DNA from: the human T2T-CHM13v2.0 reference genome, Homo sapiens
Length of the DNA: 64,000 nucleotides
Assembly (NCBI RefSeq): GCF_009914755.1
Contig: NC_060942.1
Direction: 5' to 3' (one strand)
Shown here: positions 51,786-64,000 of the stretch, piece after piece
Position numbering within the stretch: position 1 is the first letter of the stretch
How the letters are laid out: each line of letters starts with the position of its first letter
Program-made: the position numbers and the translations under genes
The notes under the pieces: generated by a model
Databases searched by the model: none
What the model saw: only the letters and a program-made list of their open reading frames with translations
Told to the model about the DNA's origin: nothing

Positions 51786-54149
51786 AAGGAATAAACTACC
51801 CAAAAAACAAGGGGAGCACTCAAGCTCGGGCAGCCATCCAATGAGCACCGGCCCAGCTGTCATCTTCTGCAGCAGAAGCAGGCGCAGGGCACTTCAGGAA
51901 GCCTTTCCACATCCGCCTGGGGAGAGCCTTCTCTTCCTGACAGAGGATGTGGCTGCTGATCTCCCACTCCCCTTCCTTATTTGAGGAGCTCCTTGAAAGG
52001 GCCACACGTCGGGGAGGGAAAGGGCGTGGGGCACTGTCCCAGCTGGACGCGCTGCCCGCCTCCTCTGAGTCTGCGTTGGTCAAATGAAGGGGCTCCTCCG
52101 GGCCTCCACGGCCCTCCCACTGCTCATATTCTGCCACCTGTGCCTGCTCCTCTGACCACCAAGCCCCCAAGGGCCACCAGTGCTGCTCCAGGACTCTGAA
52201 GATTATCTTGAGGCAGGAGTGGTGGAGGCCAAGCTTTGAAATTTTTCTTAATGAACCTAAGCACCTTTATGGTAGAAAAAACCCAATACATAATAAACTC
52301 TATTAATATCTCCCCACATAATCAACATAGTTCACATGCTTGTCATTTTTAAATGGCTCAGTAGTCGCATTCCCTTAGCTTGCCTGGATAGGCCATGTGT
52401 AGCCATTCCTCTGAGGCTGGGCACTTGGCCCATCTCTATTTTTTTTCCTCTTGTATTTTAAATGGTGGGGCTGTGACTATCTGCTGAGATTATCTCCACC
52501 CGCCACCCTCCTGCCCTGCTATTGCCTTGGATAAGCTTTTGCAATTGGCAGGGCACCCAGTTACATGGTCTTAGAGCATGCTATACTTTTTGCTTTTTTA
52601 TAATATTTTCCCCAATTGCATGGTTGTGTGTGTAAGGTCATTCTCTCTTATAGATTCCTCAGTTCCAGGAGGATAGTCTCTTCCTTTCTCTCTTTGTCTT
52701 TGCAACATTCTTCGCAGCTAGAATATTGCCCAGCAAGCAGGAGCTCAGTAAAAATGGGTGAGGTGAGCAGGTATATGCCCCAGAGCTGGATGTTGAGGTG
52801 TGCTTCCCACAGGCTGCACCTGCCCACCAATGCGAGGTGAGGACCTGCATGAGCCAGGCATTGTCAGACCCTGGGCAAATTCAGAAGGGTGGGCATGAAC
52901 CCTGCTTTCTGAGGAGAAAGGGGTGGTCAGTGGCCAATTCTACTTTAATGTGGTAAGTGCCAGAAAATGTGGAAGCTCAGAGTTGTACGGGAACATAGAG
53001 GATGAGGACGAGGCTGAAGCTGGAGTCTACAGGAAGTGTGACTGGAGACAGGGAGGCCAGAATTGGGTCCAGAAGGCTTCAGGAGGTTTTCTAGGAGGCC
53101 TGCTGCAGACTGCTGGACGTCTCTGTGGCTGTTGTAGTGGGCAGAGTCCCTGCTGGCAGAATTCTTAGCTTTGTGTCTGCTGGTAGGCTCCTTCTTATTT
53201 TTAAGCTTATGATAGAGATGATATGCTGGGAAACCACATGTTACAGGGAAGCTTCGCACAAACAGCTGTGCTGTGTAATTGCCGTGATGCTCCTTAATTA
53301 TAGACATCACAGCCAAGTGCCATCTCTTCATCACATTTTAGACGCAGTGCCTGCCCCGTGGAACAAAATGTACCTCCTCATGGAATCGTGGACTCACTGA
53401 ATTTGGTTGGTAGTGCTAGAAGGAACCTTGCTCAAGTTACAGTGACACGTTGCATGATTTTTTTAAAAAGCCCCAAAAACAAAATTAGAAAAGTCAAGTC
53501 AAATTATGCTAAGTTAGGATTTCTGACTTTAGTTCATGAAAGTCCGTGAATAAAGCTTTGGAATAGAATAATAAATTACTGATTACAGACTGTTTCCTCT
53601 ATGAGTCATAGTGAGAGAGTGTTATTATTTTTCACAATTTAGAAGTGTCATTGCCAAAGACTGGAATACTTAGGAACTTCCAGACACTGGACATTCCATG
53701 TGTTCTGAGAATGCCCCCTCCCTGCTCCCCTTCTCCCAGATTCCCTTTCCCCATTGCTCTGTTTCATGTAATGTGTTTGCAAGGTTGTGGCTCAAACTTC
53801 CTTTAAGTATGTGGCATTCTTTGAGCTGAAAATAGCCTATGGAGGCTAGCAGTTGATTTTTTTTTCCTTTCAAGGTATATTCTTGATAATGTTTATCATA
53901 CAGAAGATAAGATAATTTCCATATTTAGCTCAAAACTAGTGGATTTTATTCCTTAGCTCTTCATAAATAGGTATTTTCTCTGAGACTTAAAAAAATTATT
54001 AAAAATACTGGCCTTTAAGATATTGGCATTTGGACTTCTCAGGATTGACACACACATTTTTCCTATTATCTATGTTTCATTATATTGTTGCACAGAAAAA
54101 TACAGGCAAATTTTTAAGCAATGAGGATTTAGTGGAATCATTTTATTTT

Positions 54150-56600
54150 TTAAGTTTATTTTTATATTTTAGCTTTTCATTTGAGGTAATTGCAGAGCTC
54201 CCCAAAAAGTTGCAAAAATAATATGTAGATTTCCTTATACCCTTCACTCAGTTTCCCCAAATGTTCACATCTTTTAAACCATAGTACAAGCAGTAAAGTC
54301 AAGACATTAACATTGATGCATTTCCATTAACTATTCTAGAGACTTTATTCAAATTTTGTCCACTGTCTCACTAATGCCCTTTTTCCTATTCCAAGGTCCA
54401 GTTCAGTATCCAATCCAGGATCACACATTTTGTTTCAGTTGTCACGTCTCCCTAGTCTCTGGTTTGTGGCAGTTCCTCAGTCTTTTTATTTCATGACCTT
54501 GACTCATATGAAGAATACCTGCTAATTATTTTGTAGAATGGCCCTCAAGCTTGGTTTGTTTGATGTTTCCTTGTGATTGATTTCAAGTTATACATTTTTG
54601 ACAAAATGCCACAGAATTGTCATGCCCTTCTCAGTTCATTGTATATGGAGGTACGTGTTGCCAATGTTTCTCATTACCGCTGATGATAACTTTGATTACT
54701 TGGGGTAGTGGTTTCTCCACTAAGAAATTACTGTTTTTCCCTTTGTAATCAATAAGATACTCTGAAATTATGTAAACATCCTGCTCATCATGCTTTTACA
54801 ACCCTTAATAATTCTTGCCTGTGACGATCATTACTGTAGTGTTTGCCAAATGGTAATTTTCTGTTTCTGTGATTCCATCTGTACTTATTAATTAGAATTC
54901 TACTGTAAGGAAGAGCTTCTCATCTCTATTTATTTGTATCAGTATGAACTCATGGATATTTGTTTTATTCTATGGATTATAACCCAGTATTATCATCACT
55001 TATTTTGTTGCTCAAATTGTTCCAGATTTGACCATTGGTAGATCTTTAAAGTTGATTCTTGTGTCACTTAAACATTCCCTCATCACATTTTTTGAATGTT
55101 CATATTTTCTGGCATCTCAAGAAGTTTCATGCTTATTTTGTATTTTCTCTGCCCAATCCTGAAATCAGCCATTTCTCTAAGGAGCCATGTTTCCTTTTAA
55201 TGGAGAACGGTGTTTAGAAACCAAGATCTTGAAGGCTGGATGTGCTCATTGATACTGGGGTGTTGCTGGTTTTATACCTCCTGAGATCACGGAGCTAGGA
55301 AATACAGCTATATACAAATATATGCATATTTACTTTCCTGTCTCTATTAACAACACTGAGTTTGTACTGATGTGACCTATTTTAATCTGACCCCACAGAC
55401 CTTAGTCTAGTCTTTCCCTTTTATTTGTAGCTCCTCTCTTCATCAATAAGAAACTCAGCTTCCATTAGCCACAATGTTTGTTTATTCAGTCTTCAAATAC
55501 ATATATTTTCAGAATTGTTAACCTATGTGTCTGTAGAAAAAACTCCCAAGGCAGGCAGATCACGAGGTCAGGAGATTGAGACCATGGTGAAACCCCGTCT
55601 CTACTAAAAATACAAAAAATTAGCCGGGGGCAGTGGCGGGCGCCTGTAGTCCCAGCTGTTCAGGAGGCTGAGGCAGGAGAATGGCGTGAACCCGGGAGGT
55701 GGAGCTTGCAGTGAGCCGAGATCATGCCCCTGCCCTCCAGCATGGGCGACAGAGTGAGACTCCGTCTCAAAAAAAAAAAAAAAAAAAAGAATTGTAAATT
55801 TTTTTCAAATCTGAGCCTTCCAGTATCTAGCCAAGATGTTTTTCAGAGTTACTTAAGTTCTCTTTCTTTCCTGCCCCCTTCAGTGTGGTTATATTATTTA
55901 TTTGTAATACAGTTAGATTCACAAAATGGAGTATGTTACTTCTCATACTCCATTTTGGGTTCTCCTCATATCCTGGTTGATTTTAATTGTTTATTTTTTG
56001 AATATGTGAGAAGCATAAGCATGGTTTTAGAAATCAGAATTACACAAAGAGGCAGACCAGAGAAGTGTGAATTACTCCTCACCCCACTATCCTGTTCTCA
56101 TTCCCCGCTTCTTTCTTTCTCCCCCTCTTCTTTCCTTTCTTGTTTCCACTCATCCTCTATAGATAACTAGTCTCCTTTCTGGTTTATCATTCTGTTATTT
56201 CTTATTGCACAAATGAGCAGATATGTGGATATTTTCTCATTGCCTTTTTTAACACAAAGGGTAGCATGCTATAGATTTTTTTTTCATTTTCCTTTTTTAA
56301 ACTTTAACATCCCGGAAATCACTTCATATAAGTTCAGAGAGATATTTTTTATTCTATTTATGACATCTGCATCATATTCCATCATGCAGATGTATTATAG
56401 TTTATTCAACAACTCTCCTATGTAATGACATGTAGGCTTTTAATATTTTGCAATTACAAACAATGCTGCAAAATGAATAGCCTCATGCATGTGTATTTTC
56501 ACGTTGTTGGAGGTATATTGTCAGGGTAAATTTCTATAACTAAAAGATAAGTCAAAAGATAAAGTACCCATGTAGTTTAGATGTTTCCAAATTTCCTTCC
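54150..56600 (-). mobile_element. Old L1 (L1MC/MD-like) 3' region interrupted by AluY
   Basis: aaagttgcaaaaataat...atacccttcactcagtttcccc...tccaggatcacacatt...aatcagccatttctctaaggagcc; ORF2-like end at 56400-56600. Confidence 0.8.
55546..55788 (+). mobile_element. 5'-truncated AluY with a 12-nt internal deletion
   Basis: gatcacgaggtcaggagattgagaccatggtgaaaccccg...gaatggcgtgaacccgggaggtggagcttgcag followed by an A20 tail. Confidence 0.93.
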
Positions 56601-57699
56601 AAAAGATTGTAGTAAGGTAATCTGAAGAAGACAGGCTGTGATCTATGTATGTCCAGGTAGAGGGCATGACAACAGTTAGTGGTTGTAGAGATGGGCATGG
56701 GTGGCTCTGTTGGAAGGTGGGGGACTTCACTTACTGCTTTTTCCTCCTGCTGTCTTCTAAAGGCATCAGCACAGTAGAGCAGAAAGAGAATAGGCTTTGA
56801 GGCCAGTTCAGGACTTAGATAGTTAATCCATACCTTTCCAGGCTCTCTAGGGGACATATGAGCTGCTGCTTGTGGTGGTAAATTCAGTGATCTCTTCTGT
56901 TAGGAAAAGAACATGAGCTGGTGATGAGGTGTGGGCTAAAAACTTCTGGGTTTTAGGCCTGCCTTTGAGTTTTGGCAGTATGATTCTTAAGCAGGCATTT
57001 TATTTAACCTCCCTGAAAAATAAGAATAATAAATTCTAATGTATGGAAAGTACTTTTCATGGTGTTTGGCGGGGTCGATGTGGTTGGACTGAGGAGTAAA
57101 CAAATTGTAAATGGAGTGGTACCCTGTGAAAGTTATTTCCCTTCTCTACTCCCTAATTCTGTTCAATTTATTTGAAGTAGGAAGAGATATTCTAAATCAT
57201 TCCATTGACCATGAGGCAGTGTTTAAAATTCCTATAAAAATGAGCTTTGCTTTACCTCAATATTTGATGGACTGGCTAAGGGTAGGATTATGAAGGTTTG
57301 GGCCTCTGTCTCATCTTGGGTTTTTCTTTCCATTCGAGGTTGCCCCATTGGTGGGTTCCAGAAATCATGGGCATGTCCAGGTAGTTGCAGCGAGGCTCCC
57401 TCGCTGCGGTCAGCCACAGCCATCAGGGTTATAGTTTCCTGGATCTTTACCATAAGTAAGGTTGAAGCGGAAGTTGCCATTTTCTTCTAAATAAATTCAT
57501 TGAGAAACCTTGATCCTACTCCAGGATTCTCCAGGGTTTTTTGTTGCATCCAAATCAGTAGGGCTTCCCTCCAGGTCTCCGTTGATGAATGGATTCCCTG
57601 GCCCCTGTCCTGGGTTAGGCTTTGGAGACAGGAACTTGTTGCCAGGACAGCAGATAGAAAAGGATTTAAGGTCACCTGAGAAATAGTCCACAATTAATT

Positions 57700-58160
57700 G
57701 TGCTGTGAATACAGGGCTCTTCCCCAAGGAGCGAGCAAGTGTTTGAAAACCAGACCTCGTGGTAGGCTGTGGTCCTCCACGGCTGGCGCTCAGGGATGCT
57801 GAGCACTGGCAATCTGGCCTTCCTCAGTGCATAAGGGCCCTGGGGGCTCTCAGAATGACAGGTCATCATTAGTCGCGGTGAAATCACCAGCAACGTGAGG
57901 AGCCAGCCACGGAGTCAGGCTGGCTTTTAACTGCTTTAGATCTATGTATTAATTTCTCCTACTCAGCAGCCCAAGCCTCTGCGGACTTTTTTTTTTTTTT
58001 TGCTTTTCCAGTGCGCTGTCTCGTCAGCATTGGAGACTGCTCCCAGAGAGGTCAGGCCTAATTCCTCATTGGCAAGTTTTGCCACACTTTAATCCACATG
58101 TCCCAGATTGAACCCTTTTTGAATGGAAAGGCTTTGCAAGTCAGTAAGGGTCTGCAAGTA
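57700..58160. promoter_or_regulatory. CpG-retaining unique segment: candidate regulatory element or alternative exon
   Basis: About 11 CpGs in 57730-58025 with no repeat similarity; strong acceptor at 58010-58011 and GTAAGT donor at 58158. Confidence 0.3.
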
Positions 58161-59399
58161 AGTAGAGAGAATTGCGGGAGGAGCTGCAGCTGGGGAGGTC
58201 ATGGAATCACATCCTGTCCAAGGTTGGTCCTGGAGGAAATTTGCCTGGTTTGCACTGGCCAGTTCATACGCAAACTTGGCTCGTGTTCTTGTTATCCCTC
58301 ACCCCCACCTGCCCCCAGTGCTCCCTGAGCCCTTAGTGCAAATCAGTGCTTTAATAGTTGTTAAATGTACGCATCTCTCTCCAGTAGAATGAGTTATTGA
58401 AAGGTGGTCTGTCTTACTCATCTATTTATCTAGTGTCTGGCCTTTAATCTCCTTCACTAAAAACTTCTAAAATGAATAAGAGGAGGGCTGACTGGGGTAG
58501 CAGTGGGGAGGGGAAAGGCCACCCTGCATGTCCCTTGCTGGGGAGGTTGAGGGTGAGGCCAACAGCCCTTGGATTTTTGCCTAGGACCTGCTGTGATCAC
58601 TTGAAAGATGCTTGCAAATGGCACCTCGGCAACTCCTTTTCTTCTGGATTTGAGATAGATCTTATATCAAACACCAAGGTGTCTTTAGAATCCAGAGACA
58701 AGGGGTGCAGTATTCCTCAAACCACAACCTCCAGGAAGAGTTGAGGGAGGGCCCTAACTGCCTGCCTCTGTATCTGTGATTACTGTAAATGCAGTATCTC
58801 ATTCTCCAGGCCTTTGTGTAAAAATGATGTTCTGGAGGGACCACATTAACTCTGTAGGTCAACCTCGTGTCACTGCAAATCCCCTGGGATATGAGTATGT
58901 GTTTGAGGGACCCAGGCCAGAGGATCTCTCAGGATGACTTTGTGCTTGATTTGGGGACATGACGTGTGATTGGGCCCTGGCATGTGACAGTACTGTCTGG
59001 GCATCATCAGCTTGACTTTGCCTAATTGGTTGGGTTTTGTTTTTCCTGCCTGAGCTGGTTTTGTTTTGTTTGTTTGTTTTTTCCCCCAATAGGGTGGCAA
59101 GGCTGGTGTTGACTGTACCGAAGAACTTTGTGTGGTGTGGACCATGGGTTTCTCTTCACCTTAAGCACAGCTATCAAAAGGGCTGGGGGAGATTGGAGGC
59201 TCCAGCCTCAGGAAGTACCCCAAATCAGACAAGAGCTAGTCAGTGCCCCAAAATGGCAATTGCAACATTATTTCTAATGAAAATCTGAAAGCAACCGTAA
59301 TGTTTAACTGCAACAGGTTAAGTTTAAGTACATTATCAACTTCATGGAATATCATGTAATTGTTAACATTAATAGTGTAGCGACCTGGAAAAGGGCTGT

Positions 59400-59740
59400 T
59401 AAGGTAAATAAAAGCAGGTTTCAAAATTGCCTTATAAGCACATTAAAATGCATATGAACAGGAAACTGGTTACTTTACTTTTCACTGAGGAGGGCAGTCA
59501 GGCAGCTGGAGGGACCAGGAGACAGGAGGACTGGGGAGAGAACATTGTGTAGACTTTTGTGCCTTTGGACTTTTGAACAATGTGAATTGAAGGTATTTCC
59601 TTTTCAAAAATAAATAACAAAAAGATGAAACAAATGTATAAAAATTGAAAGGAAATACAACAAAAGGATAATGGTGGTATTAGATGGTGCCATGAAGAAT
59701 ATTTTCATTTCACTCTAAGCTTCTTATAATAGGAAGAAGG
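59400..59740 (+). mobile_element. Highly degraded L1ME-like 3'UTR fragment
   Basis: A-rich; ggaaactggtta...cttttgtgcctttggacttttgaacaatgtgaat...ttcaaaaataaat. Confidence 0.45.
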
Positions 59741-61509
59741 AATTGGTAGTATTTTGAATTTAAAAGGCAAGTGTGAGTACACTTGTGATAGGAAGACTCT
59801 CCCTGAAATTACTAAAATGTTAAGGAAACTAGACAGAGTCCACTCTGTATTTTCTGTGTAGGTTCATAAAGGGTAGGGTAGAAGCCATCCCAGAGATTGC
59901 CCAAAACAATGGATGTGTAACTGTCATTTCTTTGGGACTTTGCATTGTATTTTTAAAATTTGTTTCAGGGTCACACATTTATTTTAACAATCAAGCCCTA
60001 TTCTGCAGGCCCCCACCAGCCCTGCCCTGCCCTGCTCTTCTCTCTGTGGACCTGCCTCCATGCAGCTGGCCAGGCAGTGGACAGTGGTGGGTTGCATCTC
60101 TCCCACATGACTCTCTGGGGCCAGGCTGACTTGGCTTCCCAAGCATTTTATACACAAGGCTCCCCGCCTCCCTCTGTGTGAGGGAGGGTTTTGTTTGGAC
60201 AGCCTTTTCCCCTGGGGCCCAGAATGGGGGACAGGACCTCAAATTACTCTTCCTCCTTCTGCTTCTTGCTGGGCCAGTGAGGGTCCAGTTGTGTGGGACA
60301 ACTCAGGATGGGAGCCTGCTGAGATGCTGAAAAGGAGCCTGGGCCTCTGGCTGTCCCTGGGGGGCCACCCACAGCTGGTCTTGCGGTTGAGAAATTTGTC
60401 CTTTTGGCCTTTCCTTGCTGTGCCTCTGTGTCTCCTCTGGGGACTTCTCTCCTTGCACTCTCTTGTGACCAAACATGCAGCCTCTGTCCTCCTTTATTCA
60501 ACCCAGAGCCCCCCAGTTACCCTTTCCTCCCCCTCCCTACTTTCCTTTTCAGGACAGCCATTTCTCGGTGTCCCCTTTATCTGGGGAGTGATAGAAAGGA
60601 CTCTTTTACCCTGATGCTTCACAATGGTATTTGCATTTGAAAGATGCTTGAAAAATACATGGTTTTAACCAAAGCAGTTAATCCCTAATAGTAGAGCTTC
60701 AGGTTGCACAGCAAGGACAGGATGGAGCTATTTGGGGGCACTGTATGCCTGTCAGTGGCTCTCAAATCACACCACCTTAGAAGCTGCCTATACTTTCTGT
60801 GTTTAAAGGCAATTCTGGTTTGACTACTAGATAATTGAAATGGTACATATATGTTTTAAATATTTGTTATTCTTATGAAGTAAAACATAGGGAAGGCACA
60901 AAATATTAAGTATATGGCTTGAATAATTCTGAGCATCATTCTAATTTTGTTACATTTCCTTGGCATCCATGCTGCATATGCCCTTGTCATCCGTATGTTA
61001 TTCGTGTGGGGTTGAGACTTCAAGGCTTAAGGGTACCTGCCTAATGTCTGAGAGACAGAAAGCAGAATTGGAACACAGGTCCATCTGACCCCAGAACTTT
61101 GGTCCCCATATTAACTGCTTTCCTCACTTTTACTCACTTCTTCCCCAGCTTATTCCACAGAGTTTTACTCTAGGAGATAACTAAATGCCTTCTAAAATAG
61201 CAGCAAAATATACAGCCTAAAACAACTTTTAGTGTTTCATGCTTGGCAAGAATTCTTGGAATTTAAAAAATGGCATTCCGTTCCTCTTGTTCTGATATAC
61301 ATAATAATTAGTTTGTTCAGTAAATTTTTCTCGATGTATTAGGGAAAGATGTTTTCCAAGTTCATTTTGATGATTGATTTATTATTAAATGGGCACCCAG
61401 GTTGGGTGAATGAACACTAAAAATTATATATGATGGTAATGATGATGAAAATGACCATATTTCTTTTTCGGAATTTGAACCATGTTTTTCATTTAAATTA
61501 AAAAAAAAA

Positions 61510-61783
61510 TTCAGTAGGTTTTTGGGGAACAGGTGGTGTTTGGTTACATGAATAAGTTCTTCAGTGGTGATTTCTGAGATTTTAGTGCACTTATCACTGG
61601 AGCGGTATACACTGTAGCCAATGTGTAATCTTTTATCCCTCACCCCGCTCCCACCCTTTCCCTGAGTCCCCAAAGTCCATTGTATCATTCTTAGATCTTT
61701 GTATCCTCATAGCTTAGCTCCCACCTATGAGTGAGAACATACGATGTTTGGTTTTCTCTTCTGAGTTACTTCACTTAGAATAC
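61510..61783 (-). mobile_element. L1PB-like 3' end
   Basis: tttttggggaacaggtggtgtttggttacatgaataagttct...ccccaaagtccattgtatcattctta...gagtgagaacatacgatgtttgg. Confidence 0.88.
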
Positions 61784-62019
61784 TGAATTGTATTTTTCTT
61801 ACAGTTTGATAAAGGAAATAAAATTCTACTTCTGACGAGCAGCCAGTAATAAGGAGCAGAATTAACGTGAGAGGGAAGGCAGCCAGCGGAGCTCCCTGGT
61901 GGGAAGGAGAAGACTAGGGCTGCATGCAGGGGCTCTGAGGTCAGGCCATTCCTGGGGTTTTAAAGGGAAGTGGTTAAGATAGGATGAGTGTTAGACCAGT
62001 AGCATTTACGACCAGTTTG

Positions 62020-62020
62020 T

Positions 62021-62063
<43 letters not shown>
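62020..62063. repeat. (TTTA)11 microsatellite
   Basis: Pure TTTA run. Confidence 0.95.
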
Positions 62064-62408
<345 letters not shown>

Positions 62409-64000
62409 GCCTGACTGTGTCAGAGACTTTTTCAAAAGCATGCATTTGTTTATTTTAAATTTTTTTTAATTAAGTAAGTGAAGCAACTGCTTACTGAGCA
62501 GTGAACCCTGGAAAGCTGCAGCTGGCTTCCAGTCTCTGAGGTCTTACATCAGAATAATTGGTAATCATGTCTGTTCGTTATTTATTCCTACTACAGTAGT
62601 CTTTCAATTTCATTTCTTTTTACAAGCCAACCATATCACACATTTACATTGTTAATATTTGCATTGTTAATTTTCTTAGCAAATGACTTTTATTTCTTCT
62701 CTTTACTCCCAGAGAAAATAGATAATGGCAAAATCAGTTGAAAAACTAAATACTGATGACCTTGTTATGACTGATCCCAAATCAATCTAATGAACATTTC
62801 ATGGCTCCATGGTGGTCATCACTAATTGTAATATGACAGATACAGGAAAGACAGAACTACTTGGTACATAATGTTAAAATAGCTGATGTCACAGACTAGA
62901 GTTGACCCACTCCTGTGTTGTGTATAGCCTTACGAAGCCAGTACCAGTTAAAGAAAGCATCCAATGGCCAAAAGTCATTTCAAAAGCACTCACACTGGTA
63001 ATTTGCTTTCTTGGAAGTGGTCATAAATCCCCCTTTCTCTCTATCCGTGTCTATTGGAACTCAAAGCTGCCAGAGGGCAACATCCAAACTGCTTGCCCTT
63101 TCTCCCAGCCTCTGCCTGGGTGTGGCCCTCTTTATCTAGATTGACTCAGCCAGTCTGGTGATTCCTCAGCCTTTTGCCTCCCTCCTCTTCCTTCTCCTCC
63201 GGTGTCTTGGGTTCTGCATACCCGCAGTATTCAGAAGGGCAACCTGGCAGGAACAGAGCCCTGCTCAAGGGCAAGGCAAGAGAAGTCATGCAGGATGAAA
63301 TCAGCTTCTCTGAGGTGGGAGGGAGGGAAGCAGGACCTCTCAAGCTTACTGGCTAACAGGGGTGTCCCATCCTGCGTGGAGCTCCTGTTTGTCCGTCATG
63401 TCATGGATACAGAATGAATTTGACTGGTTAAGAGTAAGAGGTGGGTTCTGAGGGGGGTAGTGCAGTGGCTCAGCACAGATAGCAGCCGCCCTCTGGACTG
63501 GTGTCCTGCTCCCCCAGTTCCTTTTCCTGCATGTGGCTCCTTTTTTTCAAATTTGTCCACTTTTGTACCCCCTTTGCCCTCCACAAGCAGCAACCCCATT
63601 TGCTTGCAAGTTCTTTCAAGCTGGGCTCCTGGGGATGAGGATCTCCCGACCCAGTGACCGGCCACGTCATAAGCTGGGATCGCAGCTCATTGTCATCACG
63701 AGTTACGAGAATTATGAGGGTGCGTCTTGGCATTTTTTTGGTGCCACAAATGCTGGGTATCTTAAGACTTTTATTTTAAAAGCATCTCGGGAGCCTTTTC
63801 CGTACTTGTACCACTTTCCAGGACTGTAGAATCTAACAGTAGTTTTTCTTGGAGAATTAATGATGAGTCTACCCACAAAGCAGGCCTGTCTGGCTTGGAA
63901 TTATTCATTTGTTGTCAGTGTGAGTCAAGAAAAGAAGCCAAAAAAATTTGAGAAGTCAAAAGAAAAACAGAATGGCTATCCCTTTATCTTAACATTTGCA

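Overview
Primate (most likely human) non-coding genomic DNA. It contains AluJ/S/Y, L1, L2, L3/CR1, MIR, MaLR/ERVL LTRs and hAT/Tigger DNA-transposon fossils separated by unique sequence. I found no credible protein-coding gene, RNA gene or CpG island, and the recognisable ORFs are Alu or L1-ORF2 remnants. The window opens in the 3' end of a probable processed pseudogene (AATAAA, poly(A), then a GAA tract); I cannot name its parent gene. Most L1 fragments lie on the minus strand, which is consistent with (but does not prove) a large intron of a + strand gene. The most unusual directly visible structures are two near-perfect, non-tandem local duplications: 130 bp at 15421/16554 and 119 bp at 46099/47840. 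Both look like locally templated DNA-repair insertions. Several CpG-retaining, bZIP-motif-rich patches are candidate enhancers or cryptic exons. The sequence does not support a claim of a new multi-gene biological system. Repeat subfamily names come from recalled consensus sequences and most boundaries are approximate.
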